In this document: positions 1 through 10,052 of the stretch, piece after piece | Layout: each line of letters opens with the position of its first letter | Numbering within the stretch: position 1 is the stretch's first letter | IMG/VR virus record: IMGVR_UViG_3300027969_000047 | Strand: one strand, 5' to 3' | Source of the DNA: a virus | Length of the DNA stretch: 64,000 bases | Made by a program: the position numbers and the translations under genes | The notes under the pieces: model-generated | What the model was told of the DNA's origin: nothing | Database searches by the model: none | What the model saw: only the letters and a program-made list of their open reading frames with translations

Positions 1-96
1 AACCTGACACGGAAGCACCAATCAGGACCAGAACAGTAAAAACACAGAGAGCGATAAACATTTTTTTTCCTTTTCAATCTCAACTAACTTAACTAC

Positions 97-125
97 AGTA
101 TAGCGCAAATCGGTAGAAATGTCAA
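97..125 (-). promoter_or_regulatory. sigma70-type early promoter TTGACA-N17-TATACT
   Basis: plus strand agtata 97-102 and tgtcaa 120-125, 17 bp spacer. Confidence 0.85.
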
Positions 126-146
126 GCACTTTTAGTTGTTATTTTA

Positions 147-401
147 CTACGCAAATTCGTAAAACTTAACGGAGGGGTCAAGTTTTTGCAGTTCTTTAGC
201 GGCTTTAGTCAAAGTCTTATAACGAGCCTGTACTTGGCTACGGCTCAGTTCACCGTCACAAGTCAGGTTTTCGGGACTCAAATCCGAATCAATGCTATCA
301 GCAATGGATTGACGGTCAGCGGCATTTTGCAAACTTAGTTGTCGGCTACCGAAGATTTTAGCAAATGCATTTTTTCGGTCAACATAGGCAGTGAGGGACA
401 T
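147..401 (-). CDS. hypothetical early protein
   Basis: ORF with AAGGAAA SD, downstream of promoter 431-459. Confidence 0.75.
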   Translation of the reverse strand: MSLTAYVDRKNAFAKIFGSRQLSLQNAADRQSIADSIDSDLSPENLTCDGELSRSQVQARYKTLTKAAKELQKLDPSVKFYEFA

Positions 402-430
402 TTTGTTTCCTTTTCGATTAATCAGACTAC

Positions 431-459
431 AGTATACAACAGATTGGTAGAAATGTCAA
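431..459 (-). promoter_or_regulatory. early promoter TTGACA-N17-TATACT
   Basis: agtata 431-436, tgtcaa 454-459. Confidence 0.85.
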
Positions 460-466
460 GTGTTTT

Positions 467-691
467 TTACGCACTAATTTCAAAAAGTTTGCCTTCGCAA
501 CCTGATGTTACAGTGAATTTTTTGCCACCGATTGTGATGTAGCCGTAGCAACCATCATCATAGATGCCAAAAGGGCAGGGTTCGATTGTCACGGACCGAA
601 CAATCTCGCAAAATCCCCACCGCTTTGTGGGCAGGGTGCCACCAAAATGCCTCATATTTTCTATGGAGGTGATTAGGACTTTTGCTTTCAT
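467..691 (-). CDS. hypothetical early protein
   Basis: ORF behind promoter 720-748 with AAAGGT SD. Confidence 0.7.
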   Translation of the reverse strand: MKAKVLITSIENMRHFGGTLPTKRWGFCEIVRSVTIEPCPFGIYDDGCYGYITIGGKKFTVTSGCEGKLFEISA

Positions 692-719
692 CGGTGACCT
701 TTCTTACTAACTTAACTAC

Positions 720-748
720 AGTATAGCGCAGTTCTACCGATTTGTCAA
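720..748 (-). promoter_or_regulatory. early promoter TTGACA-N17-TATACT
   Basis: agtata 720-725, tgtcaa 743-748. Confidence 0.85.
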
Positions 749-928
749 GTGTTTTTAATGTATACGAAAGTGTATACGGGAAGCATCATTGTTCCATCGG
801 GTCGCCAAGTGTGTACTCAGTGATAAACTCAATGGTAAATTTTTCATTTTTATGATCCTTGATATAACGAATCATTGTCTCAAGGTCACGGAAAATCAGG
901 CTTCCGAGTTCATTTGTAATTCTAAACA

Positions 929-1303
929 TTATTTTCTTTCAAAGTAGCGGTATGGGAGACCGTTCAGGAAACAGAAGTATTCCCAGTCACCGTTGGCGGT
1001 GCTAGCCTCCATAATCCAGCGAAGTGCAGTTTCACGGTCACGAGCACCCATGCAAATGGTGTTGATAACATGCTGTTCGAAGTTCTTCACAGCGGTGGCT
1101 TCAGCGGCTTCACGAGCGATAGCCTCAGCATTGATAACCGTAGCCAGTAAGTCAAACTCAGCCATGAAGTCAGCTTCGGTCCAGCTAGAGGTGTCGATAC
1201 CACGAGGGCGAACACCATAGGCGTCCTTGTACATGTCCCAGTACTGGCACTGCATTTGTTCGAGTTCGGTCATTTCTTCCCAGCTTGTAAAAACTTCATT
1301 CAT
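929..1303 (-). CDS. hypothetical protein
   Basis: 124 aa ORF with AAGGA SD. Confidence 0.75.
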   Translation of the reverse strand: MNEVFTSWEEMTELEQMQCQYWDMYKDAYGVRPRGIDTSSWTEADFMAEFDLLATVINAEAIAREAAEATAVKNFEQHVINTICMGARDRETALRWIMEASTANGDWEYFCFLNGLPYRYFERK

Positions 1304-1312
1304 ATCAATTCC

Positions 1313-1585
1313 TTAGTTCGACCAAAAAGATTCGGAACGGGGTGAGCAATGGTACGGTGTATCGTATCGTTCTTGAAATTCTTTACCAGTCATCAGATTA
1401 CGAGTAGTCACAAAGGTTGCGAACACTTCAACGACAAAACCATTCTCACGGATGCTATCAGCAACAGACTTGATAGCGGCATCGGTGGAAGGTGCAAAAT
1501 CACGCACTTCAACCAAACGGCGACCTTCTTTGGTACGCTTATCGGTCTTGTAAATTTCGAGGGTGTATTCTTTCATTGCAGACAT
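1313..1585 (-). CDS. hypothetical early protein (start MSAMKEY)
   Basis: ATG at 1585 follows AAGGAAA SD and promoter 1616-1644. Confidence 0.7.
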   Translation of the reverse strand: MSAMKEYTLEIYKTDKRTKEGRRLVEVRDFAPSTDAAIKSVADSIRENGFVVEVFATFVTTRNLMTGKEFQERYDTPYHCSPRSESFWSN

Positions 1586-1615
1586 TTGGTTTCCTTTTCT
1601 TACTAACTTAACTAC

Positions 1616-1644
1616 AGTATACAACAGATTGGCACACTTGTCAA
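1616..1644 (-). promoter_or_regulatory. early promoter TTGACA-N17-TATACT
   Basis: agtata 1616-1621, tgtcaa 1639-1644. Confidence 0.85.
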
Positions 1645-1884
1645 GCAATAAAAGTTGTTATTTTACAACAGAAATTGTCGGCTTTCGCCTTCCACTGCTC
1701 ACGACTGCTTCCCAATTTCAGCGTCCATTGGCACCCGTGGTAGGGCTACAATGCTCATCGGCCGCACCTTCGAGGGTGCGTGATCCTTGGGATAGGACTT
1801 CCATGCCTTGACCTGCATGGACTCAGGATGTTCATTTGCCAGTAATTTTTCAACTGGCGACCTCGGGGATCCGATCCCTCTGTC

Positions 1885-2079
1885 TTAATCGTACAAGCAC
1901 TCAAAGGCGTATTGTTCATCACTCATGGCCTGAGCCGCAAGCAAATCAACAGAAATCACTTCAAGAAAGGACTCAACCTGTTCAACAGGAAACTTCACAA
2001 TCTCAGCAATCTCAGCACTATCGTAACCAGCACAGGCTAGTTCTTCGATACTAAGGGCTAGGTTGGACATTTTGCTCAT
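1885..2079 (-). CDS. hypothetical acidic protein
   Basis: ORF downstream of promoter 2113-2141. Confidence 0.65.
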   Translation of the reverse strand: MSKMSNLALSIEELACAGYDSAEIAEIVKFPVEQVESFLEVISVDLLAAQAMSDEQYAFECLYD

Positions 2080-2112
2080 TTTTTCAACTCACTTTTTTGC
2101 TAACTTGAATAC

Positions 2113-2141
2113 AGTATACTGCAATTCGGCACATTTGTCAA
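2113..2141 (-). promoter_or_regulatory. early promoter TTGACA-N17-TATACT
   Basis: agtata 2113-2118, tgtcaa 2136-2141. Confidence 0.85.
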
Positions 2142-2144
2142 GCA

Positions 2145-2387
2145 CTATTTGTTGTTATTTTGCTCAAGCGCCAGCGACTTTGAAAGTTGCAACTCCTCTT
2201 GCAGTTCTCGCTGATTCAACTGTTCGCCAATCTCAATCAGCATATCGTGCAAGGCTTCGGTTTTGAGGTACAGGTTGTCGATTTGTGGGTCATACAACCT
2301 AGTGAATTCTCTCAACTTCCAATCTACAGCATCCACCGCTTGGCAGAGTTCATTGTACTTGGCGTTAATTTCATCAATGTTTTTCAT
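2145..2387 (-). CDS. hypothetical coiled-coil protein
   Basis: GGAGAG SD; overlaps the stop of the upstream ORF. Confidence 0.65.
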   Translation of the reverse strand: MKNIDEINAKYNELCQAVDAVDWKLREFTRLYDPQIDNLYLKTEALHDMLIEIGEQLNQRELQEELQLSKSLALEQNNNK

Positions 2388-2614
2388 AAGTTCTCTCCAG
2401 TTTCATCATCAATCATACCAGTGTAGACAGCAATCTGTCCATCTCCGCACAATTCATTGAAGCCAGCAACCCACCCAATGGCTTCTTGCTTGTTATCAAA
2501 CTCACGCTCCATCAGAACCTTGTGGTCATTGATATGACCTGCATATATGGGGTAGACTTGAACATTGTGTACAATACGGCGTTGGATAGTATTGTGAGGG
2601 TGTTTCGTTTTCAT
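2384..2614 (-). CDS. hypothetical protein (probably leaderless start MKTKH)
   Basis: TATAAT (2621-2626) lies 6 nt before the ATG at 2614. Confidence 0.6.
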   Translation of the reverse strand: MKTKHPHNTIQRRIVHNVQVYPIYAGHINDHKVLMEREFDNKQEAIGWVAGFNELCGDGQIAVYTGMIDDETGENL

Positions 2615-3041
2615 AGGTGTATTATATCGCAACTCTACCGATTAGTCACACACTATAGTTGCGATTTACTTGCTACGGCGATATTCTTTTCCGTCTATGA
2701 TAAGCACATGGTTATAGGAATCAGCATCGGCTTCGTTCACTTTAGTTTGCAACTGTTGCAAACCTTGATGCGCTAGGTCTATGCACTTTGTAGGTCCGAG
2801 AGTAGCAATTACCAGACCCAATATGATACCAACAATAAAATGCATGTTAACGACCTCCGTTGGATGCTTTGCAATAGCCAAGATTTTTCAGTTCAGCAAC
2901 TTTGTGCCCATTGTAGGAAATGCTTCCCCGTTTCATTGGCCAAGTTCGTTCAGTGGGTCGAGCCTTGCGAGTAGCGAGGACTGACACATAGACACCAAGT
3001 TCTTCGTTGAAATATTTGTTAACAACTTTCATGGTACTTCC

Positions 3042-3359
3042 TTAGAATGTATTCAGTGAGGGATTCAGTTCAGAAATCAATTGGCGCTCTCGCTGGTGCG
3101 CTGGCTTGCGACCACGGACAACTTCAATCACTTCATATGTCCATGTACAGTCACTCAGTTCACGGAGAGCAGTACACATAGCCCATGCTTTATTCTCGCA
3201 TCTGGCTCGGCTCATATGCTTTTGCCAACGGACTTTGACAGAGCGGAGATATGCTTGTCCCTGCGCTACAGTCAGACCGATGTAGCTATCGCCAGTGTCT
3301 ATGCACTCTACACGATACAGCACATGGTTTCTGTCTTGGCGGGGTTTTCTTTTCAGCAT
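3042..3359 (-). CDS. small GIY-YIG family endonuclease
   Basis: VLY...YIGLT, RWQKH, ERQLI..LN motifs; ATG 3359 is 6 nt after the -10. Confidence 0.75.
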   Translation of the reverse strand: MLKRKPRQDRNHVLYRVECIDTGDSYIGLTVAQGQAYLRSVKVRWQKHMSRARCENKAWAMCTALRELSDCTWTYEVIEVVRGRKPAHQRERQLISELNPSLNTF

Positions 3360-3365
3360 ATGCAT

Positions 3366-3394
3366 ATAATAGCACAAACTGGCAGTAATGTCAA
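3366..3394 (-). promoter_or_regulatory. promoter TTGACA-N17-TATTAT with extended -10
   Basis: ataata 3366-3371, tgtcaa 3389-3394. Confidence 0.75.
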
Positions 3395-3446
3395 GTACTA
3401 TTGTTGCGATTTTGTTGCGTAGAAACAACAAGATTTATGTTGATTA

Positions 3447-3641
3447 TCATTTTTCCGTGTTGATACATTGTGAGTTAAACTCTACCAGCTTAACAGACAA
3501 TATAGTAGCTTTAGGTAAAAAGTCTACTGTAAAAAATTCTATGGCTCGGCTTATAGACGGACTATAATAGTTAATAGTTTGCTTCACGGCCGCAGGATTT
3601 AATGGATAACCTCTAATGTATTCAATAGTATATGCGTTCAT
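3447..3641 (-). CDS. hypothetical protein
   Basis: ORF downstream of promoter 3668-3696. Confidence 0.55.
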   Translation of the reverse strand: MNAYTIEYIRGYPLNPAAVKQTINYYSPSISRAIEFFTVDFLPKATILSVKLVEFNSQCINTEK

Positions 3642-3667
3642 TTCTTACTTTCTCAATCTATGGATAG

Positions 3668-3696
3668 AGTATATCACTAAATGTCACACTTGTCAA
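3668..3696 (-). promoter_or_regulatory. promoter TTGACA-N17-TATACT
   Basis: agtata 3668-3673, tgtcaa 3691-3696. Confidence 0.8.
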
Positions 3697-3730
3697 GTAC
3701 TATAGTTGCGTAGAAACAACAAGATTTATG

Positions 3731-3759
3731 TTGACAGGCTCGGATTTCTGTGATATAAT
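3731..3759 (+). promoter_or_regulatory. perfect sigma70 promoter TTGACA-N17-TATAAT (TGn extension), antisense to downstream genes
   Basis: ttgaca 3731-3736, tataat 3754-3759. Confidence 0.75.
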
Positions 3760-3769
3760 AGAGGGTTAG

Positions 3770-4075
3770 TCACCACTTGCCGCTTACATCCCAGCCTTCG
3801 TAGCCATCCATGTCTGGTATGTCTGGCACACCCACTGCGAATTCATCGATACTCACTGAGTCACTCTGTTCGCCACTGTTTATTCTTCGTATCTTCTCTA
3901 GTGTAGCGACACCCTCTGGTGTTTGCTGATACTCAAGCATGGCGATTCTGCGATTCTCATTCGTTTCTGCGCTGTGTTCTCGCACATTACCACACGATGC
4001 AGAGCAATATGGTCCTCTTTTGCGGTGTTTTATCCCACACCTCGGGCATTCTTTCTCTCTGAAGATTCCTGGCAT
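3770..4075 (-). CDS. Zn-binding (CxxC...CxxxC) small protein
   Basis: CPRCG...YCSASC motif. Confidence 0.7.
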   Translation of the reverse strand: MPGIFREKECPRCGIKHRKRGPYCSASCGNVREHSAETNENRRIAMLEYQQTPEGVATLEKIRRINSGEQSDSVSIDEFAVGVPDIPDMDGYEGWDVSGKW

Positions 4076-5160
4076 ATTTAATAATACCGTTTACACCCCA
4101 CATTTTTACACATTATTGCACTGCCGTTTCACTCTTTCTTCTTTCTTTTTTAATCTTCTTAGAGTCTTAGCATCTCTGAGTCTTTTCTGAAATTCTCTGT
4201 GTGCTTCTAATGCTTTAATCTCTTCTCTGACCATCATAGCGATTAGTTGCACCTGTGTGTCTTTCAGTGGCAAATTGTGTTTAATGAAGAATTGAATTAT
4301 CTCATTATATGTAAATGTCTTTGGTTTCATACTCTATAAAATTCTAATAGTTTCGCTTGTTCTTCTACTCTATCCTCAAGGTCTTTTACTCTTTTTCTTT
4401 CAGCAACTCTTTCAGCATATGATTCATATCTTCTCTCAAGGTGTGGTTGCATGGAAATAACTTTGGTATAGTGTTCCAGTTCTTTTCTTGCTTTATCTCT
4501 TTGGTCTCTCATCTTGTTCAGCTTTTTGTTCAGCCGACCAATCTGAATCTCATGCTTAGTTAGTGTCTGTTCCATATGTCATCTTATAGCCTTCTGGCCA
4601 TGGTGTGGGTTGAATATAGGGTGTCGGTGGCACATATGGTGATGGTCTTGATGCTAGATGATGCACCAGTTCTCTCAGTACTTTGTTCTCTGTGCCTAGT
4701 TCATCCAGCTTTTTATGTGCTAATTTAAGAGATTCTTCGCACTGTTTTAGTACTTCAATTATTTGTTCTTTATTCATATCTTGATTCTCGCCAGTCATTT
4801 CTTAATTTAAGAAGTATTTTAGTTGATTCGCCAGCATCTGATGAATAAAGCAAAACATCAAATATGCATTCTAATTCTTGGTTAGGTCGGTTGTACCATG
4901 TGCCGATGAATCTACCATGCGGGTTTCTTATACCGGCTAATATATTTGGTTCTGAGACATATACATGAGCCGATGGTGTCAATATCTTTCTTTTAATCCA
5001 ATCACCATACTCGGCCCAGTTGCCTGCGATAATATAGTTTTTCATTGTGTCATCAGTGCAATTGTTAATAGAAACCACCAGCCAGACCAGTTATAAGTTA
5101 CCATGAGGAATACTGTTCCGGCTACTAGTGCAAGATTGTATAGTAGTTTCATTGCTACTG

Positions 5161-5556
5161 TCATTTAGTTTGCTCTGCAAGTTTTTTATAACCTGCCCAA
5201 CTCGGATGCACTTTGTCTGCTTGTAGGTTTGGTATGGGTAACACCGTATCACCATAATCTTTCGCTATCAACTGAACCATCTGTTGTATATCAGGTTTGA
5301 TTGCTGGCAATATCCAAAATACTCTAGAGGATTCAACTCTTGCTCTCAACTGTTGCAGTTCCCATAGTGTACGAACACCTGCATGGTCGTTTGAGCCTAG
5401 GCTGATAATCACTGTGTTTGCATTCAGTTTTTTATTTGCATTCTGTTTGTTCCATTGCCAGCTATTGATACCGCCTTTGGCATAAGCAACACACTCAGGT
5501 TTGAATTGGTGTGTGCCCACTGCAATACTATCACCTACAATTAAACAATCAATCAT
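5161..5556 (-). CDS. SGNH/GDSL hydrolase family protein
   Basis: GDSI, GSND and DKVHP blocks. Confidence 0.8.
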   Translation of the reverse strand: MIDCLIVGDSIAVGTHQFKPECVAYAKGGINSWQWNKQNANKKLNANTVIISLGSNDHAGVRTLWELQQLRARVESSRVFWILPAIKPDIQQMVQLIAKDYGDTVLPIPNLQADKVHPSWAGYKKLAEQTK

Positions 5557-5773
5557 TCTTAGCCTCCGTAATACCTAATAACAGTATCTAATGCTTTAAC
5601 AAGTAATGTATTGCCAACCACATCTTCTGAATGTAACCAGTACCCAGTAGGATTAGAATCTGTTCTTGGGTTGTCTGTCCACTTTTGCAATTCATCAGAA
5701 ATATACTTTCGATGTTCTTTTAGATTACTCAAGGTAATACCATCAGCAACTTCTGCACTCAATTCAATATTCT

Positions 5774-6124
5774 TCATCTTGATACCCTCAGTTCTGCATC
5801 TGGATTGTCCCAACATGCATTGCGATATTTGTATACAAAATCAACCAGACCTTCATAACTACCCCAACCATTCTCTGGATCCCATTGCTTGAAATGTTCA
5901 GGATCAGACAATAAAGTGTTCCAACCTTCGTTAAGCAACTCTGAAATGTTTCTAGCAAAGACTAAACCTTCTTGCTCATCAGGTCGCCACAGCACATCAT
6001 ACAATGTCATACCATTAGACAATTTGACTTCGCCAGCCATTTTGCCTAAGTTATGTGTGATGTTTCCATCGTAAACTGAAGTAGGTTTCGTAATCATCAA
6101 ATCAACATCAAGACTCATCTTCAT
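5774..6124 (-). CDS. hypothetical phage protein
   Basis: 116 aa ORF tightly packed with its neighbours. Confidence 0.7.
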   Translation of the reverse strand: MKMSLDVDLMITKPTSVYDGNITHNLGKMAGEVKLSNGMTLYDVLWRPDEQEGLVFARNISELLNEGWNTLLSDPEHFKQWDPENGWGSYEGLVDFVYKYRNACWDNPDAELRVSR

Positions 6125-6349
6125 AATCCTCTATAAAATAATTAATGTACTTCAGAGCCTCTTCAGCCTCAGATTCTGTACATTTGTATCGTTCAATCAA
6201 AACTGTCTTCATCTCAGCATGTTCCACACATTCAATCAGGTCATCATAATCCCAATCGAATGTGTGGTCCATGTCATACCACAGAGACAGTTTGTCGTTT
6301 ACATTATGAAATGCATACCAGCAACTATTACTCCATCTAGCGTAACTCA

Positions 6350-7462
6350 TCAGAATGCATCAAAGTTAAAATATTTTGGCGTTTCTTTGACTAGAATCAA
6401 AGTCATACCATCTTTCTCAAAGATGAATTGATTTGTCTTGTTATTGAATTGAACCAAATCATCAGTGGTAAAAGATTTCTCACCCCAACCATTCTCATCA
6501 TCTGGATCATCATCAATACCAATAGTACCAATAGCAACTGGAGCATCACTTTCTGCTTTCTTTTTAGACTTGAACCAATAACTTAAATCGATTTCTTTTG
6601 TTGATAGTGGTGTACCATTCCAAGTAGCAGGACTCACTCTATCAGCCTTGCGGTCACCTTTGTATAATTCAACATTATATGGTGAACCACTGTCAAACTC
6701 AGCCCTAACATTTAGAATACGCATAGCTTGTTGCGGTGTCTCATTGTACCGATTCATCTCTTCGACAACTGCTTTCAACATGTCAAAATTGAATGCTGAA
6801 AATACAGATGCAATGTTGACAATGCTGTCGGTGTGTGATTTGTTTGCTAAGTTATCAGCACAGTATTCACGAATGAAACTCTCATCCAAGCCTTTGAATT
6901 CTACCATATAGAAGATACGACCGGGACGATTTCTCATGTGGTCATCTACACGCCATTTGTCGTTGCTGGTTAGCATAAACAATTTTTTAGATGTGAAGAT
7001 ACCATCCAGTAATGTCAACAGTTTTTCTTGGTCATCTCTATCATAGACCTTTTCAAACTCATCAAAGAAAACAATGCATGGCTGTTCAATAGACTGAATC
7101 AGTGTATTGAATTTGTCACCACTGAAGTCAGCGTTCACTACAATGGTGGGTACACCTTGCTTAGCCAACTCAACTGAGATGTTTTTGCTCAATAGTGTTT
7201 TACCAGAACCTTTCTCACCAACAAGCATAACACCTGTGCTTTGGTCACGATTCCAGAAACTATTGATAATCCTATCAGTATTGCGAGCAGTGTCGCCATA
7301 CAACTTTGTAGGCATAGTGAAATCTTCAATGTGTTCAATGAAGAAGTTTTCGAATGGGTCTTGCTTTACAACATAGTTACCAGCTGGCAACTGCTCATGC
7401 AAGTCCATCGATTCTTTTGTTGCAATACGAAATGTATTGCCTGATTTCATGTAGTAACTCAT
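6350..7462 (-). CDS. AAA family ATPase
   Basis: Walker A GEKGSGKT, Walker B IVFFDEFEK, RPGR arginine finger. Confidence 0.9.
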   Translation of the reverse strand: MSYYMKSGNTFRIATKESMDLHEQLPAGNYVVKQDPFENFFIEHIEDFTMPTKLYGDTARNTDRIINSFWNRDQSTGVMLVGEKGSGKTLLSKNISVELAKQGVPTIVVNADFSGDKFNTLIQSIEQPCIVFFDEFEKVYDRDDQEKLLTLLDGIFTSKKLFMLTSNDKWRVDDHMRNRPGRIFYMVEFKGLDESFIREYCADNLANKSHTDSIVNIASVFSAFNFDMLKAVVEEMNRYNETPQQAMRILNVRAEFDSGSPYNVELYKGDRKADRVSPATWNGTPLSTKEIDLSYWFKSKKKAESDAPVAIGTIGIDDDPDDENGWGEKSFTTDDLVQFNNKTNQFIFEKDGMTLILVKETPKYFNFDAF

Positions 7463-7797
7463 AATAAATCCTTTGTTTACATACCGTCTTCAAATTCTCT
7501 CATCGACCCACGGAGCCTAGCCCATTTCTCCGATTCTTCTTTTGCTTTTGCTTGCTCTTTTTCTTCAAGAGTTTTCTCAATCAATTCCTTAACTTCATCT
7601 TCACTCATCTTGATTCCCTTTGTTTTCTAATCACCATACGATAACACTCAACTCTTTTTTCGTATCCTGTCATTTTATCACAAAATGTAGCAGAACCTGA
7701 ATATTTTGCTAGGCAATAATATCTTTCGTTGTTTTTATGTCTCATGCAGTCATTCATACCTTCCGCATGAGCGTTTATTGTAAATAATAACAGTAGA

Positions 7798-8112
7798 CTA
7801 AAATACTTCAGGATATACTCCTGATGCTAACACACATGCCCAAGCGCCATCATATTCTACAATAGTCCATGACCTTGTTTTAGCATTCTCAAGTACTGCC
7901 ACGAATGTTGGTTTACCATCTATTGCCAAATCATTCTCACCAACACGGTGAGCCTTCTCACCATACATTTTTTCTATACCGAGTAAAAGCTGTTTAGTGT
8001 CTGCACACTTGATTGGCTTTCTTGCATCTATAAATTTGATGTTGTTCAAATCCTGTGCGTCACTCAACCCAAAAAATGCAATCAATGCGGTTGTAATTAT
8101 TATTTTACGCAT
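7798..8112 (-). CDS. secreted/periplasmic hypothetical protein
   Basis: AGGAG SD before MRKIII; signal-peptide-like N-terminus. Confidence 0.65.
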   Translation of the reverse strand: MRKIIITTALIAFFGLSDAQDLNNIKFIDARKPIKCADTKQLLLGIEKMYGEKAHRVGENDLAIDGKPTFVAVLENAKTRSWTIVEYDGAWACVLASGVYPEVF

Positions 8113-8479
8113 ATCGTTCTCCTTATAGGAATAGTTTTGCTGTCTCAACAATCCCACCGTACATTAAAGCAACCATCAGCATTAAAAATACAAGAGTGAC
8201 AAAAAAATAAACACCTATCAGAATCCATTTAAAAATTCTAATGAACCATGCGCCCAGTGGTATCTTCATTTCTCAATCTTTTCTCAGATATGTTTGCTAT
8301 CAAATTGCGAAACTCAACACCTGAACCTACAAAATCATTGGCAAGAACAAGTCTGGCGAGTATGATTGAAGTCAATGTCAATGGGTCTAATTTGTATTCG
8401 GTGATTAATCCCATGATTATATCATCGACCTTGAATGCAATCTCTTCTAGCTTGTCATCGGATTGTACCATCATATACC

Positions 8480-8914
8480 TTATATATTTGGTGTCATCTG
8501 ACGCAAAATTCTAACATTATCGTCTGGTGCTAGATAGCATCTCGCATTGATTATGGTTGAATTTTCAAGTAGATTCTCCTGCTTTGTGAATTCGATTAAT
8601 TTATTCTCAATCATGTATTTGACCAAGTGGTCAGCAACTCTCCATTTGATGGCATCTGGATTCAAACCGATGATATCAAAATTTGATAATTTTATGTTCA
8701 CATTAACAAGTTTACCACCAATAGCAATATCGGTGTACTTACCAACATAATTGTTGTCCCAAACATCATCAATGACTGATTTTGTGAATTTACCGTAGGC
8801 AGAATTAGTATTCGCAATCGGCAACATGTAAGTGCCATCTCCTGTAATTTTTGTAGTTCCATAACCAGTACCACCAATAGCGGCTGGCAGTGCTGTAGAA
8901 TTAGAAAAAGACAT
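8480..8914 (-). CDS. hypothetical protein
   Basis: 144 aa ORF within the operon. Confidence 0.65.
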   Translation of the reverse strand: MSFSNSTALPAAIGGTGYGTTKITGDGTYMLPIANTNSAYGKFTKSVIDDVWDNNYVGKYTDIAIGGKLVNVNIKLSNFDIIGLNPDAIKWRVADHLVKYMIENKLIEFTKQENLLENSTIINARCYLAPDDNVRILRQMTPNI

Positions 8915-8919
8915 AATGA

Positions 8920-9189
8920 TTACAGGTCAGTTTTGTATGTGACTTCATAACCACCTTTGCGGTCAGTCCACAAATCATCTTCATCTAACCAATCCCAGTC
9001 AAAGTCGATATTGTTTTCTCGACCGTCTTCAAGAAAAGTTTCAATCTCTCGCTCACCAGAAACTAATTCAGCATAAATTTCATCGGCCACATCTTCATCA
9101 CAATCATAGACTGCCATAACATCATCAATTGAAATTTCGCAATCATATCGTTTCTCGACCTGATGCCATTCTGATTTAATCACTCTCAT
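8920..9189 (-). CDS. acidic hypothetical protein (start MRVIKSE)
   Basis: AAGGAG SD; the ORF-track extension upstream runs over tRNA genes. Confidence 0.7.
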   Translation of the reverse strand: MRVIKSEWHQVEKRYDCEISIDDVMAVYDCDEDVADEIYAELVSGEREIETFLEDGRENNIDFDWDWLDEDDLWTDRKGGYEVTYKTDL

Positions 9190-9211
9190 AACTAACTCCT
9201 TCATAAAAAAC

Positions 9212-9298
9212 TGGTGCGAGTGGCGGGACTCGAACCCGCATGCCTTATTCTGGCGGCAGATTTTAAGTCTGCTGTGTATACCATTCCACCACACTCGC
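9212..9298 (-). tRNA. tRNA-Leu(TAA)
   Basis: cloverleaf, GCAGA-CT-TAA-AA-TCTGC, long variable arm, CCA. Confidence 0.95.
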
Positions 9299-9303
9299 TT
9301 GAT

Positions 9304-9378
9304 TGGTCCGGCGTGAGAGAATCGAACTCCCATCAGAAGGGTAGAAGCCTACTGTACTATCCATTGTACTAACGCCAG
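9304..9378 (-). tRNA. tRNA-Arg(TCT)
   Basis: GTAGG-CT-TCT-AC-CCTTC, TTCGATT loop, CCA. Confidence 0.9.
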
Positions 9379-9384
9379 AATATT

Positions 9385-9651
9385 TTATTTGAATATTGCA
9401 GACCACTTCTGCAATTTTTGTCGTTTAAGACCTGATGCATTGAGTAATTCTTCTCGGTTAATCATACCTGATTCAACCATCAATTCAATCATGCAATGCA
9501 AGTCACCCAACTCTTCAGTTAATCGTTGCTTATTTGTACGCTCATTGTACATTTCATTTAGACCAAATCGGAAACACTTGCTAATAGCCTGTGTGACCTC
9601 TGCACATTCTTCCTGTGCAATCAACATAATTTCTCTATCAACATCATTCAT
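9385..9651 (-). CDS. MazG-like NTP pyrophosphohydrolase
   Basis: EECAEV...EELGDL motif; AGGAG SD before MNDVD. Confidence 0.8.
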   Translation of the reverse strand: MNDVDREIMLIAQEECAEVTQAISKCFRFGLNEMYNERTNKQRLTEELGDLHCMIELMVESGMINREELLNASGLKRQKLQKWSAIFK

Positions 9652-9709
9652 TGTGCTTTCTCCTAATGAATGCATTATAACACAACCACACAGATTTGTG
9701 TGGCAATAA

Positions 9710-9792
9710 TGGTGCCCCAAGGGAGACTCGAACTCCCACGCACTAGGCACTGGTTTCTAAGACCAGCGTGTCTACCATTCCACCATCGGGGC
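9710..9792 (-). tRNA. tRNA-Leu(TAG)
   Basis: CTGGT-CT-TAG-AA-ACCAG, CCA. Confidence 0.95.
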
Positions 9793-9817
9793 ATAAATTT
9801 GCATTGCTTTTAAAAAT

Positions 9818-9893
9818 TGGTGCTACCTAGAGGAATCGAACCTCTTTCAATGGTTCTTCAGACCACCGCTATGACCACATCAGCTAAAGTAGC
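9818..9893 (-). tRNA. tRNA-Phe(GAA)
   Basis: GTGGT-CT-GAA-GA-ACCAT, CCA. Confidence 0.92.
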
Positions 9894-9894
9894 A

Positions 9895-9968
9895 TGGTGC
9901 TCTCACCGAGAATTGAACTCAGAATTCATCCTTACCAAGGATGTGTTATACCACTTAACTATGAGAGC
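9895..9968 (-). tRNA. tRNA-Thr(GGT)
   Basis: CATCC-TT-GGT-AA-GGATG, CCA. Confidence 0.95.
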
Positions 9969-9974
9969 AATTGT

Positions 9975-10049
9975 TGGTACCTTGTGACGGGATCGAACCG
10001 CCGACCTTCTCCGTGTAAAAGAGTTACTCTACCGCTGAGTTAACAAGGC
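9975..10049 (-). tRNA. tRNA-Val(TAC)
   Basis: CTCT-TT-TAC-AC-GGAG, CCA. Confidence 0.92.
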
Positions 10050-10052
10050 AAA

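Noticed and set aside
82-3735. Repeats as a CRISPR array
   Set aside because: Spacing is irregular (300-900 bp), the intervening DNA is coding, the repeats are promoters, and no cas genes are present.
9190-9333. N-terminal extension of ORF 8920..9333 (likewise 9385..9750 and 14423..14749)
   Set aside because: The extensions run through tRNA genes; internal ATGs have strong SDs.
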